DNA of 64,000 nucleotides from Takakia lepidozioides. Its lineage: Eukaryota; Plantae; Bryophyta. Of this stretch, positions 1 to 14,575 are shown piece by piece. The notes beneath the pieces are model-generated. The model was not told where the DNA came from and made no database searches. It saw only the letters and a list, made by a program, of their open reading frames with translations. Position numbers and translations under genes: made by a program. Position 1 is the stretch's first letter. Each line of letters starts with the position of its first letter. Location of the stretch: NCBI GenBank assembly GCA_030704615.1, contig CM060732.1, positions 29,326,001 to 29,390,000 of the forward strand, given 5' to 3'.

Positions 1-3000
1 TTGTGTGCTGCTGCATCATTCGGTTCATTTGGTGCCATTCAAGATAGACTGCCAGGAGTGAGTAGCAATGACTTTTCCTTCTTGCCAGGGCTTACAAAAT
101 ATGATGCAGGCATGATTGGTTTCGACAATAACCTGTATGTAAGCAGGAGTGACACCTTCTTGTTTTCCTTGAACTGCTTGATTGCCACACAAGCACAAGA
201 GCACAAATCATTACACCAACCTCCACTCCACCCTCGAAGGACCTCTTTGCAACCCATAGTGCCGAGAGCATAATGTGGAAAACCATCTCATGTACAACCA
301 AGGAGTTTGCAGACGAACGCCTGCTTCTATGCTAGAGGAAGTGCAGGACAGCAACAGCCCACGGCACTTTCGATCATAAAGCTTTTAAGTCAGCCTCGTG
401 GGGTTTAGAACTGACATGATTTGCTAAGTGCTCAAACTCAGCCTGAACACGCGCATCTGGTGATGTGCCCAACAATACAAACTGGCCCCCCTGCCCACAC
501 ACAAATGCCACTTCAGACCTCAGTGATAACATGGCACAAATGCAATCCAAAGTTTCCCACCTGACACAACTGTTTAAAAGAGAGAACATGTGGGGGCAGT
601 TCACCCTGTTACATAAGCGTATGATAAATTGGGCACATGGTTCCAAACGTGTACCCCAAGGCTCTTGACAGTTGTCAGAACGCTGTAGAGTCTTTCAAAG
701 ATTTTGACGATGTCAACCGTTGAAGTCACCACTGTACCCTTATTATTCCTTTACTTGCTGGCCATTTTTCGCCTGTACAAATGTTGTAAGGCCAACCAGA
801 ATCTTTTATCATTACCACCATGGTGGTTCAAGTTAATGTCACTGTACAACTTCTCCCAAAGTAATTTCTTCTGAGACCTTATTAGCATATTAACGTCTTT
901 GCGCATTTGGTAATTCCTAGAATTGATACGATATAACCCACAATCCAGTGTGAGTTTTTTTCACGCGTCACGACAAAGGGTCTTCTTTTGACCTATTGTT
1001 CAAGGTCAAAAGCCTTCTAGATAATTGATAATCTTTTGCCGTTGGAATTCTGCTCATCCTCACCAAAGAGCCCAATGGCATCGTCTTGTTTTAGACCCTT
1101 ATACACCCCAGCATTAAAGTCACCAAGCAAGACCACGTGGCCTTTGATGTGGAACTCAGGACAGCCCAGCTTGACGACCTCAAAGGCTTTTATCTACGTC
1201 AACACTAAGGGTTCCCTCTGTAGGCATGTGAACGCATCCCACAAAGAGGTCCTTAGCCTTCATGCCGCCCTTCAATTAGCCAAATACTGTTGTTTAGGCT
1301 TGTGAGGGGCTCACTCTGGTAGTGTGACTTACCTTGATAAAGCCAATAGAGAGAGGATGTAATCATAAGCCTTGAGAGAGAGAGAGAATGCACTCATAAG
1401 ACTTTGTTGCCGTGGCCTTGTAGCCATAGAGTCCCCGCCCAGTTTGGAGAATAGACACTACTGTTGTGAGGGGCTCACTCCAGTAGTGTGTTCACCTTGA
1501 TATAAAAATTGGTTTGGGCTTTCCAGATACCCTCTAGCAAGCCCTTCACACAAGCATCAATCTGCTGTGTGTGAGCAGCCCAAAAGTTAGATCCCAACAG
1601 GGCCAGGGCTTTAGCCTTGAGAGAGAGAGAGAGAGAGGAGACGACACAGTAAGAGAAGAAAACTTACAAGCTCAGAAATGCGAAAGATGGCATGGCGAAT
1701 GAGGTGGATGCCTTTCTGAGCCACCAGTCTGGTGATGCACACAACCAAAGGGGACCGCTGAATTTCTGCATATCCCAGACTGTCTGTAGGCAACCTGTCG
1801 AGCTCAAGACCAAGGCCTCTTTGGATGTACTGTTTACAGATTTGCTTCCCTGTCAGGTCCTTTGCTGCCAACCCATCTCAAAATGCCTGAGCATTTTTCC
1901 TGAAACAAGAATCTTATGCAAATTTGACATGCATGGCAGGTTTGAAGTTTACTACCTTAATGCATTTTGACTGGCCTGTCCTCTTGGAAGGATATGTAAA
2001 CATAGTGATCACTGCACCAAAAAATATTGGTGAAGTTTGAAAATCTGTCGCCATGAAGACTACATGATTGTCATATGAAGAGGGGAAGGCAGTGGTTATG
2101 TCCCTTGAAATTGCAGCTAAAAGTCCACGCATTGTTTCATGAACTTGTCTTAGATATAAAGTCTTAGAAGAACACAAGGCATTGAAGCCCATAAGCAGAG
2201 GTATTATTAATGAGGATGACGTCGGCGTTGCTACGAAGTTGGCAATAAAGAGCACACACTCACCCTCAAAATTTACAGGCAAATGAGGGTCTTTGGCAGG
2301 GTCCCATAGCACTGTGTCAATGCCATTCAAAATCCCGGAGTACCTGAAAACATTACCCCGTCTGAGAGTCACTGTAAAGGTGATTTCATGCGTATGTTTC
2401 CTTACAGTCACAGCTGAAGACAAGACTTCACCTCCAATGATCATCTTAAGATGCGTACTCACGTCGACACAAAATCTTACAACCTCCTCCATGGAAGCGA
2501 TTGTCTTAAGATGCAGACGTGTAATGACACAAACTGTTACCATGGGACACAACCTCCTCAATAGAGAACAAATACTTACTTGTTGCGATGCTTCATGAGG
2601 GTGCTGGCTAGCCACCCTGAGCAAAGAGTCTCATTCGCATAAGTGGGTGAAACAGTCCTGCAAATTGAATCATAGTATCTTTATCAGACCAAAACCTTAC
2701 AGAGCTGTTGACGTCTCTGTCAAGGTAGATGGCAAACCCCGCTTGCCAGACTTACCCACAACACTGTAACTAGGCTCATGACCCTTAAGAAGTTTTCAGT
2801 CCTTCATTCAAGAACTTGTCTTTTATACCCTTTGATTGTAAGATTCAATAACCAATTCATTACAAATTTTCATCTCTTTTCGATCACCTTTGCCTGCACT
2901 GCATTTTTCCATTCCACAATCTTATTAACATTGGGATTTCAGCACGACAGTTAAATGTTGCATCTGAAGGCTTCCTGTGCGAACTCCCTGATCAGTCAGT

Positions 3001-5856
3001 ACACAGTGAACTAAGCGTGTTCTCAAAACACTGCAATAGGAGACAACAACAGGGGCGATGTTCATGGCAGTACAAAACTTGCACCTCTTTGATGTATTAT
3101 CAATCGCCTGCCATCTTACCTTCAACACGTTTTGTTCTCTATCCGTCAATCCTCTGCAACACGTGCCCTCTAACAAACAATGCCCTCTCGTTGTGAGCAT
3201 CTTACGTGACAGCATTGCTGTAGACGATACCTCCCTTCAGCAAGCTCAGCCTCTCTGGATTGTGTCCAATAGTTCGCTCGTCAACTGCCTGCACACTTTG
3301 TTGAGTGTCAAATGACCTCAAACTTACCACCACCAGAGTAAGATGCAGCAGAAATTCCACGTATCCAGGGCAACAAGGTGTCAAACCTATAGAGAATGAG
3401 TCCATGCAAGTTGAACCCATAAGTGATGACACTTGACAGGAAAAATGCAGAAAGTCAACAGGTGGGCTCTTGCCTTGTCAGCTGTTCGATAGTCCAGGCC
3501 CTTTAGCCCACACATGTCTAGCTGCTCCACTCTGCAATCAAAGTGATGTCAATGTCCACCATATGAGCCTCCTCACCCCAAAAGTGTTGTGTTCAAAGAA
3601 ATTTCAAGTGGCATTCAACATGTGACCATGTTGGCTGACAAATATTGCAGTCACATTTGAAATACTATCAAATTAAAGGTTACTTTAAGAGCACATATCT
3701 TCCACTGTGTAAACACCATTGAATATTCTCACTATATTTCTATCAATACAGGTAAGAGAGAAGAAGAACTCGCCATCTGCAAAGTAATTCTTGCAGTCAT
3801 GGCCTACAGGTCCTACATGAACTTTACGCCACAGGTCAGAGAAGAAAAGAGGTGAGGTTTGCCTGCACTCTCCATAGTGCTCCATGTTGTGGATGGTCAG
3901 TACAATCCTTGGCCTCTGCCACAATGAAGAAACACACCACATACAATAAGCAATCCCTGGTTGAGCTTTTGACATTGTGCAGAGATTACTTCCAGCTGAT
4001 TAAACTCATACAACAGAGTCTTGCAGGGCCTGAAACTGGTATATTCAGGAAACTACCTTGAGAGAGAGGTGGTGGTACATGTCCCAGTAGAGCATTGCCA
4101 GGCCAGATATTTGCCACTCATGGATGTGAATTATGTCTGGTTGGGTTCCCGTGATCTGTGTGTATTAGAAGAACGATAAAAGTGGGGTGAGATAGATGGA
4201 TTAGTGGTCTCAAAGGAACAAAATTCTTCCGGTTGAATGTTGCGCTTCTGGACTGCAGCAATATCAAACTCACCACACTCTTGTCTGAACAATTTCCAGA
4301 CTTCTGACGTATCTAGCTTTGTGGAAAGCATGAATTCCATTTCTGACCTAATTCTCTTGTGTTCAATTTCAGATGGAGCAAACATGTCAAGTTACCAAAT
4401 GGTGAAGGGCAACAGCTCAGACCTGCATCCATTCAAGGCTGGCACGGCTGAAAAACAAATATGCTTCCAGCTCATCATAAGACCCTCCATAGATTTGTGA
4501 CCCCTTGAAAAAATGGTTGTTTGGCTCCACAAATAGAACGGGTACTCCCAAGACCTTACCACGATAGATTTGAATGGGCACCCAACCTCCCCTATGATAT
4601 GAGGAATATGAGTCGGCAGCAACAAGGCCCTCGATCTGATCCTTAGATATAATCTCATAGAAAGGTAGCATTACCTCCACTTTATGTCCCCTTTCAAGGC
4701 ATGCCCGAGCAAGACCAGTTACTACATCCCCTAGACCCCCCACTTTGGCCAACGGGGCCATCTCTGATGTCACATGTATTATGTATGCCAGATCCTTATC
4801 CAGAGATACGCCCTTTGTTGAGCTCACCCCAACTGCAACTGCCTCTGAATCACCTTGTTTTGGGATATTTTGTTTCCAAAAAGGAACTTCATCCTCAGGA
4901 GATGGCCACACAATGTTTGCGATTTTGGGAAGAAAGCCTGACAGGCCCTGGCTGCAAGGAACTTCTTGTAATGGGTTTTGGCTTTGAGCCTTCTCCACTT
5001 CCTCTTGTTGCGATCCCTTCAGAAATGAACATCAACGATTACAGAGAAAACATCAAGTTTCCACAAACCATTGACATTCTAGCTAAGAGCATTTTGCAGG
5101 TATCCGATAACTGGTACTTAACTTACCCAGGGCAGATATATGGAAACTCATTATTAGACCCAAAACAAATCCGAATCTGCATACTCTGTTGAACGCAGTA
5201 GGTATCCTGATAAGTCCTTAATTTGATCATTGCATATGTGCTTGCCCTGCCCCAAAGGAATCCACTCACTTGGTCAGCAGGTATATCAACATCGAGGGTT
5301 GAAAGCCCGTCTGATACTCCATTCATATGGTTGATTGTGGCAACTCCCTTAGCCTTCGCCTCTGTGAGTGTTGATTCCAGGTCCGCAATCCGTGCCAGTA
5401 GCCTTTCATTCACAGCAACTAATCTCGAAATCTGCAGACGACAAAAAGAAGATTTCTGCATAGTTTTGCTACTATCCAAAGATAATATGATCAGGCACTG
5501 CCATAGAGCATCTCCATGGTGGCTGTGAGAGACCACCACAGACACTATCCAAGACTATTTCCTAGATAGGATCTTTACTAGCCCCCACAAAAACAAGCAG
5601 CAGTAAGAGATGAGACATGCATGGATGGACATCTCCCACATTTTAAAGGCAGGCCAAAGCTACAAACCCTGTCATCAGCTGACTCCTGTGAGTCTACACC
5701 TTGAGAAGTTGCAGTCTCAGGTGTACATGCCAACTTCCTGCCACACTTTCTGGAGCTCAGTGACTGCAAATTCCTTTGTTTGATGGAAAGGTGTTCCACC
5801 ACTGGGGACCATGAGGAAGTTCCAAAACAATGAATGTTTGGTACTGCCATCATCAT
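1..5856 (-). CDS. Plastid starch synthase (glycosyltransferase family 5; SSIV/SSVI-like), multi-exon, 3' end runs off the left edge
   Basis: Exons assembled by eye with splice sites: 5856-5668 (transit-peptide-like), 5431-5270 (coiled coil), ~5016-4423 (HVTSEMAPLAKVGGLGDVV, KxGGL ADP-glucose motif), 4155-4057 (PDIIHIHEWQ), 3916-3863 (LTIHNMEHYG), 3531-3474, 3288-3206 (DERTIGHNPERLSLLKGGIVYSN), ~2657-2579 (TVSPTY), ~2344-2264 (GILNGID), ~1864-1668 (ITRLVAQKG), 490-416, 173-133. Subclass assignment is from memory of family motifs. Confidence 0.93.
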
Positions 5857-7547
5857 CTCAAATATGAACACCGATCTGTGATCACAGGCTTTCCCAAGTC
5901 TCACACCAATGCTTCTCTGTTTTGCACACACTGCCAGGGTATCGGGCACCCTAAACAGACCGGATGGGCTGATGTTTATGTGCCCTCCCTGTAGGACATA
6001 CACCATAGTTGCTGACAAAGGCATAAACGTTGTTAGCTGTAGAGGATTCCACACTAGCATCAGGATCAAAAGAAAATCGAATCGGATAGAAAATTCCTCA
6101 TTTATGATGCCCAAGGACATAGACCTGGTGCAGTAAACATGCATGATGCTTGGGTGAATAGTGAGTTTGGAAGTAAGTTGCCTGAAGAAAACACTGTTGT
6201 TGATTCTCCAGGTACAGTTAAAAAGCTTGACTCATGGCGAAGGAGAGTATCTCAGTCTCAGAGGAATGGAGGAGATCATGGTGAGAGATCTTCCCTTTCA
6301 CGTTGTGTTACTTCACAAACTGGCGGATTACGTTTCTATTCATAGAAAAAGGGTACAGTAGTCACTATACCGCTGCAGGGAAGAATATCCTCTAGCATTT
6401 CACGGATCCCAAGAAATGAGGGCAATGCAGCAGTCTAGACTTGGTCCCGCTATGCCAGTCAAGTAAGGAGAAATGTCCACTCAAAACCTTTCCGTACCTG
6501 TTACGAATGCACACATTGTCATTTGTCACTTGGTTAAAGTGAATAAACCTTGACATTCCTGGAATAGAACCATATATGGCGAGACTCCCTTATATCGTGC
6601 CAGCAACCACAACTATACCTGAACGAGTCATTTGCTGGTTTGGTGAAGTTTTGTATTAAACAACTTTAGCTCAACTAGAAATCGGACGTATAGTGATTAG
6701 CAAACCGCTGCATTCCAGTCCACAAACAGCCTAAGCATTTTTTTTGAGCTTGTAGCTCCACAAATGCTAGATTGCAGGTTGAAACCATGTCATCACGTAC
6801 TATACGGATATCCATACAGTAAAATGCAAAAGCTAACTATCCCGACGGCACAATTCATCACTGAACCTGTGCATATTACAGAAGTGGAAAATTGTGAGTT
6901 AGTTCCAAACATGGCTAAAGGATTGTATGGAAATTCCCGGCATCGATTCCAATTTGTTTTAGGCAGTTTGAAACCCCAATCTCTAGAAATCACACTCGCA
7001 ATAGCATCCTCTCATCACGATACAACCAGAAGTCCAGAAAACCACACCAAAGAGTGATAAGATTATGCACATACCTGACGCCAGGAGCAGACTTGTGGCC
7101 TGAAGATTTCAGTGTAAGGAGCCGTGTATCACCATCGTCGTCAGCTCCTCTGCACGCACTAGTCCATAGCCGCTTCAAGAATACGAATGCACGAGCCCGT
7201 AATTCTCTGGCTGTAGGGGCCGTCCTACCTGGCACCCCTCGTCACTTTTCATTTTTATTGCAGCTTCCACGTATTGCATCTCGCTACGTGTCCCGAGCAC
7301 GCGAAGCCTCAGAATTTTGTGTGGCCTCGTCGTAATGAGGCCGCGGGCCGCTGTCAGGTCCCCTGTCCCTCTGCACCGTCGCTACATTAGGAGGATCCCT
7401 ATTCCCCTGTTTCTCTTATATATTAAAAAAAGGTCTAGTAGTTGGAACGCCGGAGGTTGTGGTCTGGTGGTAGGTCGATGCCGACGTGGCGATGCAGGTC
7501 TTGGGTTCCAGTACTTGAACGCAGTTCCGGTGGTTGGCGCTTCATGC

Positions 7548-7671
7548 AACTACTCTCATGCAGGTAGTTCAGCTTGGTTTTTCAACTACCTTCATGTAGA
7601 AAATCCTAAAACTACCTGCATGGAGGTAGTTGTAAATCTCATATGCCAAAAAAATTCTCATGAAGGTAGTT
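7548..7671. repeat. Cluster of imperfect 22-bp palindromes AACTACCTnCATGnAGGTAGTT between divergent genes
   Basis: Full copies at 7548-7569 and 7610-7631, half copies at ~7584 and ~7656-7671. Confidence 0.6.
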
Positions 7672-8943
7672 TGCTCCTATATTAATGAGACAGCCTGACA
7701 GTCGTCTGACCAGCCTCATAACGACGAGCCACACAAATTTCTGAGCCGCGCAGGAACCCCAAATGACTCCTAGGCCATCTGAATCGTGTTCGCATAATAA
7801 GTTAGACCGGATGGATCCGATGGATACAAAGCAGACTGTCCGGACGAACAATTTGATTCGAAAAGATCCCGTGTATGGATGAATATTGCTGATAGATGAA
7901 AGTGTTGTTCGCTGACCCCGGGTGAATAAACAAGTAACCCTTGTTTGCAAACGAGAGGGAAGAAGCATCCACGCGGCGGGCCCACACACTCACGTCTTGT
8001 GCAAATCCACACTCGCCCACCTTCCGCCATTTTTCGTTTATATTTCATTTGGTCATTATCTTCTCTTACAGAAAACAAATAAACAAACAAAAAATAAATA
8101 ATAAATAAAGTTTTCACGGCCTCTGTCCCTTGTTATTAAAAATAAAAATAAAAATGGATAACTGTTCTTAAGATCAACTGTTATTGCATGAATTTGGACG
8201 GGTCCGATTTCTTTGACCATTCACATTCCCATACGACGAAAAATAAATAAACTTCTCCGCCCTAAAAACCTTATTGGTCTTATGTGACGGTCGGGATAAG
8301 TTGTCCAAGATGACAGGGTTGACACCAATGTGACGTGTACACGTTGCAAATTAATTTCTATGATAGAAGCTGGTTTAACCCCTGGTTGAGTGAGAAGGTG
8401 ACCAGGGGTGAGGTCAGACAGTCAGTCGAGCTTTGGAGACTCTCACTTGTGCGTTGGTGTCTCACCCGTTTCTCCCCCTTCGCTGGTCCGCAGCTTTGAG
8501 GCTGACGCTTATTACTCGCTTGGAAACTGGGAGGTAGGGAGCGGGTGCTGCCCACATGGCAAATGCACCCCTGCCATGCCTCGGGCCTTCTGGCGCATTG
8601 CACGAGGCCTGATGATCTTGTACTTATGCATTTTTCCAACGCATTGATTTTCTGTTATTACCACGGAAACGAGGGAGCTTGGAAACACCTTGGTACAAGC
8701 CCTCGAGTTTCCAGTTGAAAATTTTCCAGCTTCTCCGGGTATGTGGAATTGACTCCCCGATCACTTGTTTCTATACCAAAGATTGAGGCTTCCTATTGAT
8801 GTGATTTTTTCAGTGTGCATATAGTGCTGCTGATGGTCACTATCTCTTCCCTCTTGAGTTTTTTATCATTTTGATCAAGGTCGCTGAGATTCCTGTACCA
8901 GGATGCAGTATCTCACTGGGACTTAGCTTTTGCTTGCATACAG

Positions 8944-9315
8944 ATGGGTCGCACGAAGGCAGTAGCCAAGAAGGCACCTGTCTCTTCATCCAAAGAAGGA
9001 GCTACTAGCAGTGCGACCAGCCCTGCTCCTGTTCGAAAGAGAGGCCGTCCCCGCAAGGTCATCAAAGAGGAAACAACCGCTGAGGCCAAGCAAACTGACA
9101 CGGACATATCACAGCAATCAGCTGTCGATTCGGGGAGAAAACGTAGCAGACCTGCAAAGGTAGGAGAAAATACAGATTCGGGAGCCGCTAAGAATGGAGA
9201 GACAAGCAGGGACCAGTCTGGTGAGTCTGTCAAGGCAAAGCTAACGAAACGGGAGGGCAGCCGGCGCAAGAGTGAGCCGAGGCGGGCTGCCGGCGCATTC
9301 ATTGATTGCAAATGA
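8944..9315 (+). CDS. Small basic AT-hook motif protein (123 aa)
   Basis: Single-exon ORF with KRGRPRK AT-hook core and basic C-terminal GSRRKSEPRRAA motif; ATG directly follows a CAG acceptor, implying a 5'UTR intron. Confidence 0.8.
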   Translation: MGRTKAVAKKAPVSSSKEGATSSATSPAPVRKRGRPRKVIKEETTAEAKQTDTDISQQSAVDSGRKRSRPAKVGENTDSGAAKNGETSRDQSGESVKAKLTKREGSRRKSEPRRAAGAFIDCK

Positions 9316-12300
9316 CACGAGCGTCTGTCAGCCTCGGATTCAGTTTAGTAATGTGCTGATTTGATCTGTTCAAGGCTTTCCAAAGTTTCGGCAAACATTT
9401 TTGCCTCAAGTTTTCTCTTGGATGGTATGCCAAGCATGCCGCGCCGCTGCCGGGGAGATGCAACAGCTTAGACACATTATTTAAACTAGGATAATTTGTT
9501 TGCTATCAGGAGACATACATTCCTTTGCCTCCTGGTGTGGAGGAATCCTGATTCCAGGCATGTAAAATCATTTTGTGTCTCATTGAGAGCTTTGCCGAAT
9601 TCAGCATATAAGTGCGCATATTTCTATGTGAGATTATGATGAGTGATGACACTATTCTCCCCTTTTGATCGCAGTGCCTTCAATGTGGTTAAGGTTGTTG
9701 TCAGGGGCTCCTCACATTGGATGGTGCATCCTTGTATTTTCATATCCTCTGTCAAGTTATGCTTGATGTGAAGAGACAACTTATGGTCGTCAAGGTTTTC
9801 ATATGGAGGTTCTAACCACCAGAATTGAATTGAATCCATGATTTCAAGTTTCAATCCATTGGCCTACTCTTTTCTCTGCAGTTGCGAATGGTTGTCGGTT
9901 GCTCCATTTTCACAAAGAAGTGCTTGCTTTTGGAGCATCACCTCTCCTTTTCTCTGCAAAGAAAAGAAATTAGCACAGTCTTGATCTCAAAATTATTATT
10001 GCCATGTTCTTCTTGAGCCTTGTTACCTGATTGTTACTCAATGATGTTGGATTATGTTCATTTGCAGCATGCTATGGATTCAGTAGACAGTGGTTGATGC
10101 TGCCATGGCGGATTTGACTCAGGGCTTGGCAGAGAAAAAATATGCAGTGAGTGTATGTATTTTCTGTTTTCTGTGAAGTGGAATGTGCAGTACTTTGGAG
10201 CGAGGGAGGTATGCTATAGAGTTCCAGTTATGCCAGAGTGGAGAAGTTGGTGGCAACTCCCCACAGGTATACACGGGCAATGCAAAGTAAGATGACATCT
10301 TCTTGGAAGCTTTAGTAAACCCTGCAATCAAAGTTGAGTACTTCTTATGAAATTTGTTCTGTAAAAAGATCTTGAGGTATGCCGACTGATACAGTGCTCA
10401 AGATAGAATACCATCAACATTCTGTCCTGTGCTTTCTGTGAAAGTTTGACAACTGCAAGAGACTCTTTAAGGGAGCTGAGGGACCTGCATGGACATAGAA
10501 TGCTCACGTTTGTAATAGCTAAACGTATGCTGTCCATTTTTGTCAATATTTTGTGGAAAATGTTGATGGCTGACAAATAGGTGGTCCTGATGGTATTCTG
10601 AGAAACCATAAGGACAGGATCATTTCAACTTTTAGCCTATGACTATTCTATAACACTGAATTTTCATCTCAAGCTCAAATGGAGATTTTTATGGTTAGTG
10701 GTACAAATGCAATTGCTATCGATGATTTCTTCTTCGTGATGCCGAGATGCTGAGTGTTCACCAACCCCATGGCCAGTGGGGTTGGTGTCATATAATGTGG
10801 TCAGGGATAATTCATTTGCAGCTCAGGGTTTGGGGAAATCTAATAGGTAGTCCTTGAGAAGGACGTTACAAGATCATTGTGGTCATGGTACACAAGCTGT
10901 GACACAAAATTTATTGCTCTTGAATCTTTACAAATTGCTTGAAATGTCTACAAGTGGTCTATGCCTGAACTTTCAGAGGCTGGACTAGCCATCTTACATG
11001 AGTTTTGGCCCGTTCATAATTTTATGAGCAGCAGTGAGTTGAGCTGGCAGGAATTTTATTTGGGGATAGGGGCTTAGCACTGAAGTATGTACCTGTCAAT
11101 GGTGAGGTTAGTTGAGATGTGCACAGAGTCTATCTTGATGGTAATGCAGCTTTGGATTGCTGAGCCTTGACATTGATCTGACTGTCCAAAAACTTTTCTT
11201 GAAGGGAAGTACAAACCGTCGTCTCTTGTGGTCAAAAGCAGCTCCCGCAATGGATATCCTTCATTGACATGGTTTACATTGTTGGTTCCTTGCAGGTGAT
11301 GAGGTTTCCTTGCAGTGAGTGGGGGTACCTTGCAGCAGGTGGCAGCAGCCTTTAAGTTTTGTATTATAGTAGATCACCTGCAAATTGTTGCTGCTCAATC
11401 CATTTCTTTCTTCATTTGCCCCTTGCATGCGTTTAGGGGAAGCTTGTCATTGTGCACCAAACTGGTCTGTAAGCAAAGAGGGTTGCCTTGAGTAGATCAA
11501 TAAAGGGATTTGAGGTTTGCAAGGCCTAGGAAGGGGATTTTTGATCTAGGTTTCCTCCACACTCCAGCTGAAAAAAGTCTTTGTAGGTTGTGGTGGAGAT
11601 AAGTAGAGTTGAGAGAGAGGTATGTCTGTGTTGTCCTGCTATGGAGTTGGTCCCTGCTGGTTGTGTGGGCCAAGCCCTTCCCATGGTGTCTAGCATTACA
11701 GTGCTTCATCCTCCAGAATTGTGGCACATGGAAGCCACATGTGCAGAGACTCAAAAGCATCTGTTGAGATTTAGAAAGTTTGAAGGTCCACCTGGGGCTT
11801 GCCAGTCGGGTTTACCTGTCACCAAGCTGTGAATATCTGAGTACCCTGTAAAAATTGGCAGGCCAGCTCAAGTAATTGAGGGCTAGAACTACATCTATCC
11901 AGACTGACTGTAAGTCAAGAAAAGAAAAAGAAAAAGAGAAAGAGAAGAGAAGAAAAAAAATTGAGCCTCTCATTTTCAGTTTCCTAATTCTGACCCTAGA
12001 CCTTTGCTACAGCAGGATCAGCTAAGAGAGCAATGTACATTGACTGGAACCTGTAGAAGGTGGACACATTTACTCTATTATGCTGTTGCTACAAAGCCTA
12101 GCACAACATACCATGTATTAGTTTCGCCATTAAATGTCCTATTTGTCAATCTCTTTGCCTTACAAAGAGAATGTGCGAGCAGCCCAAAAAGCAAGTTCAA
12201 TTTCTCAACAGCATGACAGGATGAACTTCCGAGGGTGGGGTCAAGTTAGCCCCCTTGTTCAAGGATGGAGAGAGAGTCAAGCAAGTCTTCAGTGTTATTA

Positions 12301-13258
12301 CAAAGAACCTGGCCACATTCAAGAAAAAAGAGCGGAAATTTATTAAGAAACAACTACTCTCTTAACACTTAGTAGTATGTTCTCTTCTTCACAAGCTATT
12401 TTATTAGTTTAGATGTTTTAGGTTTTAAAAACAGGTTGATCCTTCCAGAAGATTGTTATCATAATTTTTGCTCATTTCTTGAGCCCTAGCAAGTTGCGTT
12501 AACACATAGAGAAACTAATAGTATTAGATTGCATCTCAAGGCGAGCACAGCTATCATCACAACTATCTAACAACTGTACGTTCACTTCCCCTGTTGCACA
12601 TATTTTGGCAAATTGTAACATGTTCAACAGAATAAATCACTTGCATAAACCAAATGCTTAAGGTAGGGGGGGCAGACGAGCACCCATATGTGAAATACTA
12701 GGAAATAATCATCTGCCAACAAGAGGGCTCCCCAATCTTCGTCAGATTCTGACATAATACAGCTCTCTGTAATGCTGCTATGACACATTAGGGCACTTGT
12801 CAGATGTGGAGTGGAGAGGATTCCTCCTATGTTAAGCTTATCCACATTGGAAGGTACAATGTGAGTTACAGGATGCATTAGGCATAGTTGCAAGCACAGA
12901 TACCAGACTGTTGACGAAAACTAGAAAAATAAGCATGCTTAAAACCACCTATCAAGATAGACATGCATCAATTTTATGTGGAACCATTCATGACAAGTAA
13001 AACTTGTTGCATAAATGACTATCTTGGGGGACCAGCTGAATCCCTACTAACAAGCTGAGAAGCTAAGCAGATCCTGAGGCCAGATGTACTTATCACTCCT
13101 GTAATGATAGTGCAGGGATAAGTAGAAGGGTGGCAGTGGGAGGAGTCCACCAAACCTGTGCCAAGCTCTTATCAATGTGGGAGCCAAATTGAATCAATAA
13201 CATTACAAAGACAGACATTACCCTAGACACAACACTTATGGAACTACTGGTCAATACA

Positions 13259-14575
13259 CTACAAATTGGCAGCATTTTGCTGCCACAAGTTGATTATGTC
13301 TGTTGCCTGATTTAACAGAATGATGGTGCGTTTTTTAGAGATCCAGCCCTTGCTGTCAAGCTTTGATTTGAGCTCTTCCCATGCATCTTTGCGGGGCCAG
13401 AAAAAGAAGGGGCTGAGTGGGATCGTGCCATGACCTGGCACCATCTGGTCCAGTGCGAGACCTATGTTCTTCTCCAGCCACAAAAATCGCAGTAGCACTC
13501 TCTGCTTCCTTGGTGCCGTCAGTGGAACTTTCAATTTCTGCAGACAGCACCAGAGCTATTAGGTGAGGAATTTTGGTGGAAACTATCCAACAATCTGTCG
13601 AATTAGTCCCTCAGATTGTGGTGCAGATGAATTACCATAGATTCATATTTATGAAGGTTTTCTGAGTGTTCTCATTGAGTAATGAAACTTGTGATTTCTG
13701 GAAAGTTCAATCATGATATGCCTCGGAATCCAAGAGCCTGACAATCACCGAATGGACAAGGTGAATCTCCCAGAAATCTAGAACTACCACAGACAGAGCC
13801 AAAGGAAGTGATGATGGCAATGCCAAGGGCAGCATTGTAGGACACAGGTCCCGGAAAAGCAGAGAGAATTTCATGCAAGGGTTTAAGACGTACAAAGATT
13901 TGAACTCGCAGTATCACCGCATGCACATCCACTGAGAGAGTGCGATCAAGAGTAATGCTCAAGAGCATTCTAAATTTGCACCAAGCATCTCCACATGGAT
14001 AATCATGAGAGCATGGTGCGAATGGAGATCATTCGAATGAAGGGGGTTCAAGACAAGAGCACTTTGATCCTCATGCAGAGCTTAAAATCCGGGGTATTGC
14101 TCGCGATTGCCACGAAGTAAGTCTCAAAATTCCGCTTTACCACTCTAGCCCCCGCATTCAAACAACAGCTTTGTCCAGAACAGAAAGTGCAATGACGTAC
14201 AACACACCATAACAACACGTACAACAACTACCACCAAGCATCACTCCATCATCCTCCCTCTATACCACTTCGCGCATGCAGACATGCAATCTTGAGACGC
14301 ACCTTCTTGGAACCAGACGACGAGCCAGTGGGCCTTTCCAGCTCCAATCCATCCTCCATATACGAACTCACAGAGATCATCTCCATACCTCTCCGGAATC
14401 TCCTCACAGGCTCCTCGTTCCTTCTGCAAACCCTTAGCGGCCCCACAGGGATTGCCACTCCCGTAAGCGAAACACTTCTGCAGGAACCCCCCACAGAAGC
14501 CGAAGCTGACGAGGATGGTGCCAGACTGAGAGCAGTCCCTGGCAGGGCCACTGAGCAAGCCAAAGACGAAGCCAT
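13259..14575 (-). CDS. PSRP3: Plastid-specific 30S ribosomal protein 3 (PSRP3/Ycf65), two coding exons
   Basis: Exon 1 14575-14303 (Ser/Ala-rich transit peptide, AAG|GTGCGT donor); exon 2 13537-13259 encodes [16 protein letters not shown]...[18 protein letters not shown]...[14 protein letters not shown], the Ycf65 signature. Confidence 0.95.

Noticed and set aside
1285-1640. Short duplicated segment (TGTGAGGGGCTCACTC..AGTGTG..ACCTTGATA) and AG microsatellites in a starch synthase intron
   Set aside because: Possibly a decayed small element, but no termini or TSD could be defined.
9320-13250. Short ORFs and a perfect 11-bp hairpin at 10759-10787
   Set aside because: No recognisable motifs or coherent exon chain; isolated hairpin; probably UTR, intron or intergenic sequence.
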